This document shows, one piece after another, positions 6,700-14,658 of a stretch of 24,241 nt of DNA. The stretch spans positions 1 through 24,241 of the forward strand of contig JAAZEC010000134.1 in NCBI GenBank assembly GCA_012512495.1, in the 5' to 3' direction. Position 1 is the first letter of the stretch. Each line of letters starts with the position of its first letter. The notes beneath the pieces were generated by a model. It ran no database searches. It was not told the DNA's origin and saw only the letters and a list, made by a program, of their open reading frames with translations. Source of the stretch: Erysipelothrix sp. (GTDB lineage Bacteria; Bacillota_I; Bacilli_A; Erysipelotrichales; Erysipelotrichaceae). Position numbers and translations under genes: made by a program.

Positions 6700-7563
6700 A
6701 TGGACAAAAAAGAAGTCATTCATAATGTAAGATCTGTTATCTTGGTGATTATGTCAGCACTGATCTATTCGATAGCCATTCGTGTCTTCATCGATTCAGC
6801 GAACCTAATCCCCGCAGGCTTTATCGGTCTCTCACTCATTGTCGTTAAGATAGTTGAGTTATTTACACACATAACAATTCCTTACATGTTACTGTATTTT
6901 ATCTTCCAATGTAGCCTCATTACTCTCGTCTTTAAAATTATCGGCAAACGTTTTGCGCTGTTATCAATCCTGCAATTCACGCTAACCACCATCTTCAGCG
7001 TCTTCATTCCCGTGATCTCATTGTCAGATGATATTATTCTACTCGCGTTGTTTGGCGGTGTACTCACCGGCACGGCCGTGCTGTTAGCACTCATCGGCGA
7101 AGCTAGCACCGGTGGTACCGATTTTGTTGCGGTCTATTTTCAAAACAAATCAAATATTCCTATATGGGACTACGTGATGTTCTTCAACTGGGGCATCCTG
7201 GTATTTGCGGGATTCTTCATGGGCATCGAAGCAGCCCTTTATTCCATGGTGTTTCAATTTGTCTCAACCACACTCGTCACCACTTTTAATTCAAGGAACC
7301 GCCTGGTCTCATTGACTATTATAACCACAAAGGGCGATGAGATTAGCCGTCTACTCATGGAGAGCACCCGTCATGGTGTTACAGTGTCAGATGCGAAAGG
7401 GGCCTTTACCAACACCCACAAGCAGATGCTATATACGGTCATGAATCAATTCGAGGTCAACTCCGTCATTCATGATATCCGACTACTAGATCCCAACGTC
7501 TTCATCAATGTTTCCAGAAGCGAGAAGATCTATGGTAATTTCAGGAAGAAGAAGATTTCCTAA
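6700..7563 (+). CDS. YitT-family membrane protein (DUF161 + DUF2179)
   Basis: Multi-TM N-terminus, GEASTGGTDF motif, C-terminal RHGVT...GAFT...MLYTV...DPNVFINV...IYGNF. GGAGG 8 nt upstream. Confidence 0.9.
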   Translation: MDKKEVIHNVRSVILVIMSALIYSIAIRVFIDSANLIPAGFIGLSLIVVKIVELFTHITIPYMLLYFIFQCSLITLVFKIIGKRFALLSILQFTLTTIFSVFIPVISLSDDIILLALFGGVLTGTAVLLALIGEASTGGTDFVAVYFQNKSNIPIWDYVMFFNWGILVFAGFFMGIEAALYSMVFQFVSTTLVTTFNSRNRLVSLTIITTKGDEISRLLMESTRHGVTVSDAKGAFTNTHKQMLYTVMNQFEVNSVIHDIRLLDPNVFINVSRSEKIYGNFRKKKIS

Positions 7564-7592
7564 TTGACATTCAGCACTAAAACCAATAGACT
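7564..7592 (+). promoter_or_regulatory. SigA promoter for the metK leader
   Basis: TTGACA (7564-7569), 17 bp spacer, TAGACT (7587-7592); predicts a start just before the aptamer. Confidence 0.7.
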
Positions 7593-7599
7593 ATTATTG

Positions 7600-7729
7600 T
7601 TATCAAGAGATGAGGTAGAGAGTTAGCTCAGTGACCTCACGCCAACCTACCAAATAGGGTAAGGTGGATCAGCTAACAACGATAAGAAACATACGGAATT
7701 TTCTGACCTTCTTATCGGAAGGTTTTTTT
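7600..7729 (+). ncRNA. SAM-I (S-box) riboswitch with transcriptional terminator, lacking P4
   Basis: P1 TTATC/GATAA. P2 TGAGG/CCTCA with kink-turn and GAG/CTC. P3 CCAACC/GGTGG. Pseudoknot TTAG/CTAA. Terminator ACCTTC/GAAGGT plus T run (7706-7729). Antiterminator CGATAAGAA (7680-7688)/TTCTTATCG (7709-7717). Upstream of metK. Confidence 0.92.
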
Positions 7730-7747
7730 ATACAAGGAGGAAGAAGA

Positions 7748-8833
7748 ATGATAACCTATTTCACATCAGAATCTGTAACCGACGGTCACCCAGACAAGAT
7801 CTGTGACCAGATTGCCGACACTATCCTAGACGCAGCACTCGCAGTAGATCCCAATTCACACATGGCAGTCGAAGCCACCATTAAAGATAATTTTATCTTA
7901 GTCTACGGTGAAGCCAACACCAAGGCCAATCTTGATTATGAAGAACTAGCCAAAGCGGTCCTCAAGAAAATCGGTTACACAGAAGACTACGAAGTACTCG
8001 TCAAAGTATCGACGCAATCCTCTGAAATCAACCAAGCCGTCATTCATTCCGAAACTGCCGCCGGTGACCAAGGTATTATGTTTGGCTACGCCTGCGATGA
8101 GACCCCAGAACTCATGCCTCTACCTATCATGCTTGCCCATAAGCTAGCGAAGAGACTTAGTGATCTCAAACAAAAATACACTTTCCTAAAACCTGATGGA
8201 AAATCACAAGTCACGGTCGCCTATGAAGATGGAAAGCCACTCTATGTGTCCTCCATCATCGTCTCTGCCCAGCATGAGGCCCAGATAGAACAAAGCACTC
8301 TACGGGAACTCATCATCAATGAGGTAATCAATGAGGTCATTCCTAGTAGCTATTTGACGGATGATACCATTATTCTTGTCAATCCAAGTGGCTCCTTTGT
8401 CTTAGGCGGACCCTTTGGCGACAGTGGTACCACAGGCCGTAAGATCGTGGTCGATACCTACGGTGGCATGTCCCGTATCGGTGGTGGCTGTTTCTCCTCC
8501 AAGGATCCCAGCAAAGTCGATCGCAGTGCTGCCTACTACGCACGCTATGTCGCCAAGAATATTGTAGCTAGAAAACTAGCCTCCAAATGTGAGATTCAAT
8601 TGTCTTATGCGATTGGTGTCTCGGAACCAATTTCCGTTTTCATTGAAACCTTTGGCACTGAAACTACGTCTATCAAAGAAATCAAGCAATTTATTGCTAA
8701 GAATTTCAACTTTAACGTTCGCTCAATGATCGATGAGCTCCAATTAAAAAGACCGATCTATGCCAAGACGGCAGCGTTCGGTCACTTTGGTCGCGAAGAA
8801 TTCTCCTGGGAGAAAATCAAGACGACCGATTAA
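7748..8833 (+). CDS. metK: S-adenosylmethionine synthetase, 361 aa
   Basis: FTSESVTDGHPDKICDQI, AGDQGIMFGYA, PDGKSQVT, GRKIVVDTYGG, GGGCFSSKDPSKVDRSAAY. ATG 7748 follows AAGGAGG; the ORF-track start (7664) lies in the riboswitch. Confidence 0.98.
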   Translation: MITYFTSESVTDGHPDKICDQIADTILDAALAVDPNSHMAVEATIKDNFILVYGEANTKANLDYEELAKAVLKKIGYTEDYEVLVKVSTQSSEINQAVIHSETAAGDQGIMFGYACDETPELMPLPIMLAHKLAKRLSDLKQKYTFLKPDGKSQVTVAYEDGKPLYVSSIIVSAQHEAQIEQSTLRELIINEVINEVIPSSYLTDDTIILVNPSGSFVLGGPFGDSGTTGRKIVVDTYGGMSRIGGGCFSSKDPSKVDRSAAYYARYVAKNIVARKLASKCEIQLSYAIGVSEPISVFIETFGTETTSIKEIKQFIAKNFNFNVRSMIDELQLKRPIYAKTAAFGHFGREEFSWEKIKTTD

Positions 8834-10494
8834 TTGTAGTTGAATAAATGTTTTTGATAGAGCTTAAGAAACAGTAACAGGCTACCCATCATCAACAGGA
8901 TCACTAAGAGTGTCAATGAAACGCTCAAGAGAATGCTCAGTTCGAAATACAACACCACAAAGCCATAGGCCACTGGAATTGCCATCGCAAACAGGATGGA
9001 CAACATAGAGTTAAGGTTCTGTTTCACAGCCTGAGTCTCCGATGTCCAGTTCAGTTTGGGTCGAACGATATCCAGTATGATCATCATCATATTGACCGCT
9101 AGCGTAGACAACAGCGCAATCAGGATAAATAGCAAATAAAAACTCCAAGGTAGATCTAAGGCATAGAGCCCAATCAAGACCGTGCAGGCAACCGTAATGA
9201 GTGAAATCAGGGTGCCCGTTAAGACCTTACTGAAGACGATGGTATTCGCTGCGATCGGATAGGATTTGAGCGCATCCAACTGATAAGCGTCTCTGGAGAT
9301 AGCCGTGGATGAGACGGAATTAATCCCACCGCTAAAGATTCCCATGAAGAAGCCACCGACCACCGCTAGATAAATCAGGTTGTTATTCTGATTAATAAAC
9401 GTCATCAATCCTTCTTGAATGGCGACCAGGTCCGCGTCTGAACTCAAGTTAGAGAAGAAGAGGGGACCAATCAATAGCGCCGGCATCAAGATAGTAATAC
9501 TGACACAATTCAATAAGTAAGCAGGGGTTCTGATTAATTCAATCAGTTCCCTTTTTATAAGCGCCCATATTACAGGTTGGCGATTGGTCATTTTTTGAAG
9601 ACTACTTCTACTGAAACTCTTCCGGCTACGAACCGCCTCATTGATACCCTGAGCTCCATTTAAGAAGAAGCCTTGGGCAAACATACAGTAAACACCAAAC
9701 AAGCCCAGATTGACAATGATCACCAGTAGTAATGACAAGAAGTTCATTTGGTTTAAAGCTTCAGAGGCCCAATTAATCGTTGGTAGGAATGTAAACATCG
9801 TCGCGGCAATAGTATCATTACCCTGTTGAAGCAACTCTACAATAGCTTCTGGACTTACCTCACCAATGGAGTTCATCGACATGCTTAGGGCCACGGCCAG
9901 AATTACGGTCACTAAACCAATGATGATGTTCATGAAGTTCTTATTCTTGAACATCGGTACAAAGTTCATGAGAAACATGACGATCAATGAACTAATCAGA
10001 AGTGGTAACACGGGTAAGAAGATAGAAACTACCAGTAATACTAGATAGTAGACAATGGTTGGATTGGTCGCAGACATCGCAGCTCCAAGAGGTAGTATCA
10101 TGAAGATGACCAGAGCATACTGATAGACCAGAGTCGTCAGAAACTTGGCTCCCAGTATTTGATGTGGCTTTATGGGTAACACCAAGATGCCCTCTGTGTC
10201 CCTGGCATAGTAATAGATAGAAGGTATCTGTAACAAGGAGAGCACGAAGACCATGATGGTCACTCCGGCCAAGACAACATTGGTCAAGATCGACACCTGG
10301 TCGATCGATATTAATAGCTCTAGCGTATAATCAAACAGGAAATAGAGGGAGAACATCAAAGGTACAAAGGCCACTAATAGTAAACCATAGAGCAGCCATC
10401 GTGTTATTTTATTGCGAGAAGATGTCAGGTCTTGGGAAGTTCCCCCAAAAGAGACCTTGAGTAGCACTTTCGCAAGAAGCAACATCTTAGCCAT
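8830..10494 (-). CDS. ABC-2-type exporter permease, 554 aa, substrate unknown
   Basis: Highly hydrophobic multi-TM protein with two repeat-like halves (LVLPIKPHQILGAKF; LKSYPIAANTIVFSKV). Overlaps the ATPase stop; SD GAGGTGA. Confidence 0.88.
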   Translation of the reverse strand: MAKMLLLAKVLLKVSFGGTSQDLTSSRNKITRWLLYGLLLVAFVPLMFSLYFLFDYTLELLISIDQVSILTNVVLAGVTIMVFVLSLLQIPSIYYYARDTEGILVLPIKPHQILGAKFLTTLVYQYALVIFMILPLGAAMSATNPTIVYYLVLLVVSIFLPVLPLLISSLIVMFLMNFVPMFKNKNFMNIIIGLVTVILAVALSMSMNSIGEVSPEAIVELLQQGNDTIAATMFTFLPTINWASEALNQMNFLSLLLVIIVNLGLFGVYCMFAQGFFLNGAQGINEAVRSRKSFSRSSLQKMTNRQPVIWALIKRELIELIRTPAYLLNCVSITILMPALLIGPLFFSNLSSDADLVAIQEGLMTFINQNNNLIYLAVVGGFFMGIFSGGINSVSSTAISRDAYQLDALKSYPIAANTIVFSKVLTGTLISLITVACTVLIGLYALDLPWSFYLLFILIALLSTLAVNMMMIILDIVRPKLNWTSETQAVKQNLNSMLSILFAMAIPVAYGFVVLYFELSILLSVSLTLLVILLMMGSLLLFLKLYQKHLFNYN

Positions 10495-11209
10495 TGAGCG
10501 TCACCTCTAGGAAGATATCTTCTAGAGATCGATCTGGGTATTTCTCTTTAAGTTCCACCAGGGTACCAACATACAGGATTTGGCCATGATTAATAATAGC
10601 AATCTTATCGCACAGTTTTTCCGCTACTTCCAGCACGTGTGTGGAAAAGAACACCGTTTTACCGCTATCAGCATGTTCCCGCATCATTTGTTTTAGTTTG
10701 AAAGAAGACTGTGGATCTAGACCCGTTAGCGGCTCATCTAGTATCCAGATGTTTGGATTATGGAGTAACACTCCCATGATCATGATTTTTTGTCTCATAC
10801 CATGTGAATAGGATTGGATTTTATCATTCAGAGCATCCGTCATTTCCAAGGTGCTCGCTAACTCATAGATAGTATCTTGTCGAGTAACATCAGGTACTTC
10901 ATAGATGTCGGCAATAAATTTCAGGTACTCGATTCCCTTCAACTGTAAGAAAAAGTCAGGATTATCGAACACAAAACCAAACTGTTCCTTAGCCTTGATC
11001 GTATCCTTTTGGATATCAAAACCATTCAAACTGATTTCTCCCTCGTCCTGTTTCAAGATACCCGCAATCATTTTCAGTGTGGTCGTCTTACCAGCCCCGT
11101 TGGGTCCAATGAAGCCCATGATAGTACCTGCCGGAACATGTAACGATAGATTATCTACCGCCTTTTTAGACTTGGCATAGCTCTTCGATACATTGCTAAT
11201 ATTTATCAT
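10487..11209 (-). CDS. ABC exporter ATP-binding protein (EcsA-like)
   Basis: Walker A GPNGAGKT, signature YSHGMRQK, Walker B ILDEP, H-loop STH. Confidence 0.95.
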   Translation of the reverse strand: MINISNVSKSYAKSKKAVDNLSLHVPAGTIMGFIGPNGAGKTTTLKMIAGILKQDEGEISLNGFDIQKDTIKAKEQFGFVFDNPDFFLQLKGIEYLKFIADIYEVPDVTRQDTIYELASTLEMTDALNDKIQSYSHGMRQKIMIMGVLLHNPNIWILDEPLTGLDPQSSFKLKQMMREHADSGKTVFFSTHVLEVAEKLCDKIAIINHGQILYVGTLVELKEKYPDRSLEDIFLEVTLNG

Positions 11210-11221
11210 CGTAATTCCCCC

Positions 11222-12214
11222 CTACAGTTCAATTCCAATGGTTGATTGAACTTCTTTTAGCTTCTTGGAAGCGATACTGCGCGCTTTAAGCGCACCCTCA
11301 CTCAAGACCTCGTTTAATACATTCTGTGCCTTAATGTCCTGATATCTACTTTGAATGTCTGTTAAGGTTTCCTCAACAATACTCGCTACATATTTCTTAA
11401 AGTCGCCATAACGCATACCCTGTGTCTCCATCAAAATAGTATCAACAGACACCTTTTTAAGGGAAGCAGCAATGACTAGCAGGTTGGAAATCCCGGGTTG
11501 TTTCTCGGGGTCATATTGAATAGTGTCATAGGAATCCGTGATGGCCGACATGATTTTCTTGCGGGCTTTCTTAGGATCGTCCATTAGGTAGATACAACCT
11601 TTATCGGAGACGTCCGATTTGCTCATTTTCTTAGAAGGATCCTGCAAATCATAAATCTTTGTGCCAACTTCTTCCAGCAAAGGTTCAGGAATCACAAAGA
11701 GTTCCTTATCAAAACGATTGTTTATTCGTTCAGCCAGATCGCGTGTTAGCTCGACGTGTTGTTTCTGGTCAATACCAACCGGAACAAACTGTGCATCATA
11801 CAGCAGTATGTCGGCTGCCATTAGTGTCGGATAGGTGTAGAGGCCAACGCCAAGATTGGTTTCTCCCTTGGCCACTTTATCTTTATACTGGGTCATTCGA
11901 TTGAGTTCACCAAGATAGGTGAAGCATTGTAGGATGTGACCAAGTTGTGCATGTTCATGTACGTCCGATTGAAGGAAGATGGTCGCCTTAGCAGGATCGA
12001 GTCCCGCAGCAAGGTAAAGAATCGCAGCTTCCTCTAGGTTACTTCGCAGTTCGTCAGGTTCTTGGGGAACAGTGATGGTATGTAGATTGGCAATGAAAAC
12101 AATCATTTCAAAGTCATCCTGATATTTTACAAAGTTCGCCAAAGCCCCTATATAATTACCTAGTGTTAAATGACCACTAGGTTTTATGGCAGAAATCATT
12201 CTTTTCTTAATCAT
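11222..12214 (-). CDS. trpS: Tryptophanyl-tRNA synthetase
   Basis: HIGH-like TLGNYIGA, YPTLMAADIL, VPVGIDQKQH, KKMSKS. Start at ATG 12214 after GGAGG (ATG 12199 is an alternative). Confidence 0.97.
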   Translation of the reverse strand: MIKKRMISAIKPSGHLTLGNYIGALANFVKYQDDFEMIVFIANLHTITVPQEPDELRSNLEEAAILYLAAGLDPAKATIFLQSDVHEHAQLGHILQCFTYLGELNRMTQYKDKVAKGETNLGVGLYTYPTLMAADILLYDAQFVPVGIDQKQHVELTRDLAERINNRFDKELFVIPEPLLEEVGTKIYDLQDPSKKMSKSDVSDKGCIYLMDDPKKARKKIMSAITDSYDTIQYDPEKQPGISNLLVIAASLKKVSVDTILMETQGMRYGDFKKYVASIVEETLTDIQSRYQDIKAQNVLNEVLSEGALKARSIASKKLKEVQSTIGIEL

Positions 12215-12293
12215 AAACCCTCCTAGATGTCCTGATTTTAACACAGTTTTGTCCATTAATTCCACCAACGATATGTAAATCGGTAAATGATTA

Positions 12294-12302
12294 TGGTATA
12301 AT
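12294..12302 (+). promoter_or_regulatory. Distal extended -10 promoter candidate for spx
   Basis: TGgTATAAT embedded in a 7-3-7 palindrome. Confidence 0.55.
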
Positions 12303-12334
12303 CAAGTAGCTAAATAGCAAATCACCAAAATTTA

Positions 12335-12363
12335 TTGCTAAATGGCAAATCCGGTGATATACT
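12335..12363 (+). promoter_or_regulatory. Proximal SigA promoter for spx
   Basis: TTGCTA, 17 bp spacer, TATACT preceded by TG (extended -10). Confidence 0.7.
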
Positions 12364-12399
12364 ATTTATAGTTAGAAAAGGTTTAAAGGAGGACAGGCT

Positions 12400-12780
12400 A
12401 TGATTGTTGTTTACACATCGCCAGGCTGTGCTTCGTGTCGCAAGGTGAAAAATTGGCTGAAAGAACATGAGCTGAAATTCCTTGAGAAAAACATATTCCA
12501 CACATTCTTAAATGAAAGTGAAATCAAACATCTATTGATGCGAAGTGAAAATGGTACTGAAGACATTATTTCTAAGCGATCAAAAGTTATACAGGAATCA
12601 AACGTAGATATTGACGAACTGTCAATGAACGAGCTCATTAAGTTTATCCAAGAAAACCCTTCGGTTTTGAAAAGACCAATCGTTCTTAATGAAAAAACTT
12701 TTCTCGTAGGTTATGATGAAGAGGAAATTGGTGCATTTATTCCAAGCAATGAACGGAGTTCAATGACTAGCAACTTTTAA
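12400..12780 (+). CDS. spxA: Spx-family thiol-stress transcriptional regulator
   Basis: YTSPGCASCRK (CxxC), ENGTEDIISKRS, LKRPI, VGYDEEEI. Adjacent to trpS as in many Bacilli. Confidence 0.92.
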   Translation: MIVVYTSPGCASCRKVKNWLKEHELKFLEKNIFHTFLNESEIKHLLMRSENGTEDIISKRSKVIQESNVDIDELSMNELIKFIQENPSVLKRPIVLNEKTFLVGYDEEEIGAFIPSNERSSMTSNF

Positions 12781-12806
12781 GCTGTGGAATCACAGCTTTT
12801 CATTTT
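12779..12806 (+). terminator. Intrinsic terminator after spx
   Basis: AAGCTGTG-GAAT-CACAGCTT followed by TTCATTTT. Confidence 0.7.
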
Positions 12807-12818
12807 GAGGTGATGAAA

Positions 12819-13964
12819 TTGAGAATACTTGTCGGACTATCAGGAGGCGTAGATTCAGCGGTCGCTGCCTACCTCTTGAAGAAAGCAGGGCATGAAGTAA
12901 CCTGTGGTTTTATGAGGAATTGGGATTCCCTGGCTAACAACGATACAGCGGGCAATCCTTCTTTAAACTTGGAGCACTGCTCACAGGAACTTGACTATAA
13001 CGATGCTCAATTGGTCGCCCAAAAGCTAGGTCTACCACTTATTCGTGTCGATTTCATTGAAGAATACTGGGACGATGTTTTCACGACCTTCTTAGAAGAA
13101 ACCAAGTTGGGTAACACACCCAATCCTGATATTCTATGCAATCGTTTTATTAAGTTTGACAAGTTCTGGGAATATGCCAAAAGCCTAGGCTTTGACTGGC
13201 TCGCCACCGGACACTATGCTCGTATTATCGAAAAGGATGGCGAACGCTTATTGGGTAAAGCCAAAGACCTGACTAAGGACCAATCGTATTTCCTTGTCCA
13301 AATGCCCAAAGAAACCCTGCAACACGTTATTTTCCCTCTAGGGGAAGTCACTAAGAAAGAAGTAAGGGAAATCGCACTAGAACTAGATCTCAATGTCGCA
13401 ACCAAGAAGGATTCAACTGGTATTTGTTTCATTGGTGAAAGACACTATAAAGAATTTTTGACCAACTATCTATCCGAAACTGAAGGGGACATTATCGATA
13501 TTGACACCCTGAAAAAAGTAGGACAACACCAAGGCGTGATGTATTATACTCTAGGACAACGCCATGGTCTCAATATATCAGCTCATAAAGGCCCCTGGTT
13601 CGTCGTAGCAAAAGATCCAGAGACCAATACGCTCTACGTTGGCAAGGAAGCGAGCCATCCATGGCTGTTTTCAACCGGTGCCAAAGTCTCCCGCATCAAT
13701 TGGTTTTCCAAGAAGGAAGACCTCGAATGCATGGCGAAGTTTCGCTACCGACAAGCTGATATTCCGGTTTCTCTGAAATGGCTCAGCGAAGATTCACTCG
13801 AGGTTACAATGCTTCAAGAAGTATCTTCCGTGACCCCAGGCCAAGAAGCTGTCTTCTACCTTGGAGATGAAGTCCTAGGTGGAGGGAAGATTGATGTCAT
13901 TTTCAAGAATGACATTCCATTGCGACAACGCCTGAAGGAGAAACTCGATGCACACACCCTTTGA
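12819..13964 (+). CDS. mnmA: tRNA-specific 2-thiouridylase
   Basis: SGGVDS, NPDILCNRFIKF, ATGHYA, KDQSYFL, KKDSTGICFIG, VTPGQEAVFY. TTG 12819 is best spaced from GAGGTG (GTG 12810 and ATG 12813 are alternatives). Confidence 0.97.
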   Translation: MRILVGLSGGVDSAVAAYLLKKAGHEVTCGFMRNWDSLANNDTAGNPSLNLEHCSQELDYNDAQLVAQKLGLPLIRVDFIEEYWDDVFTTFLEETKLGNTPNPDILCNRFIKFDKFWEYAKSLGFDWLATGHYARIIEKDGERLLGKAKDLTKDQSYFLVQMPKETLQHVIFPLGEVTKKEVREIALELDLNVATKKDSTGICFIGERHYKEFLTNYLSETEGDIIDIDTLKKVGQHQGVMYYTLGQRHGLNISAHKGPWFVVAKDPETNTLYVGKEASHPWLFSTGAKVSRINWFSKKEDLECMAKFRYRQADIPVSLKWLSEDSLEVTMLQEVSSVTPGQEAVFYLGDEVLGGGKIDVIFKNDIPLRQRLKEKLDAHTL

Positions 13965-14649
13965 AAAGAGAATCATTAACTTAGCACTCTTTTTTCTTGG
14001 TTATATGGTTGTATTTCAAGTCATTGTCATTTTTATTCTAAGTCTACGCTATAGTATGTATGAAATATTAACGACCCAGCTAATGACGATCAGCCTCTCG
14101 ACAGGCATCTTAACCGCAGCGCTAATGACATGGGTGAACTCCAAAGTTTTAAAACATGACTTTAGAGAACTTAAAGGGAAATGGTTCAAGGTACTTAAGA
14201 GTGCCTCTATCTACTACATCGTGATTTTAGTTACTAACATCGTCTTATCAGTAGTACTGTCCTATTTGGCAGGTAGTGATTCCGTGGCCAATCAGGAGCT
14301 CATTGAAGCTGAGATGCTTGCGGCACCGATTATCACCTTTATCACCACCGTGATACTGGCACCCTTCATCGAGGAGTTTGCGTTTCGCTACTCACTAATG
14401 AATGTCACTAGTAAAAAGAAGAATGTCCAAATCTTGTGGTGGGTTATTTCCTCGGCCATCTTTGCGATGATGCACATGGTTGCGTCTTTGGAATCGGGCA
14501 ACTTGAATGAATTATGGTTTTTCTTCCAGTACTTTTCCATGGGTCTCATAATGGGTCATTCCTATTTGAGCTCTAAGAATATCTGGGTTCCAATCACTGT
14601 CCACCTGCTCAATAATGGAATTGGAGTCCTATTAGTTTTCTTTGCCTAG
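13948..14649 (+). CDS. CPBP/Abi (CAAX-like) intramembrane glutamic protease
   Basis: Multi-TM; APFIEEFAFR (EExxxR), FAMMH, PITVHLLNN motifs. Confidence 0.9.
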   Translation: MHTPFEKRIINLALFFLGYMVVFQVIVIFILSLRYSMYEILTTQLMTISLSTGILTAALMTWVNSKVLKHDFRELKGKWFKVLKSASIYYIVILVTNIVLSVVLSYLAGSDSVANQELIEAEMLAAPIITFITTVILAPFIEEFAFRYSLMNVTSKKKNVQILWWVISSAIFAMMHMVASLESGNLNELWFFFQYFSMGLIMGHSYLSSKNIWVPITVHLLNNGIGVLLVFFA

Positions 14650-14658
14650 GAGGTCCAC

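Noticed and set aside
6696-6725. Out-of-frame 9-codon ORF (MNGQKRSHS) sharing the yitT SD
   Set aside because: Only 4 nt from GGAGG versus 8 nt for the real ATG; no evidence of function.
7664-7747. Upstream in-frame extension of metK as a possible leader peptide
   Set aside because: It runs through the riboswitch and terminator and has no SD.
12915-13000. Roughly 10-residue insertion in MnmA (WDSLANNDTAGNPSLNLEHC) relative to B. subtilis
   Set aside because: A variable loop that I recall in similar form from related lineages; catalytic motifs are standard.
13981-13989. TTAGCACTC, a CIRCE (HrcA) half-site
   Set aside because: No GAGTGCTAA arm 9 nt downstream, and it lies inside a CDS.
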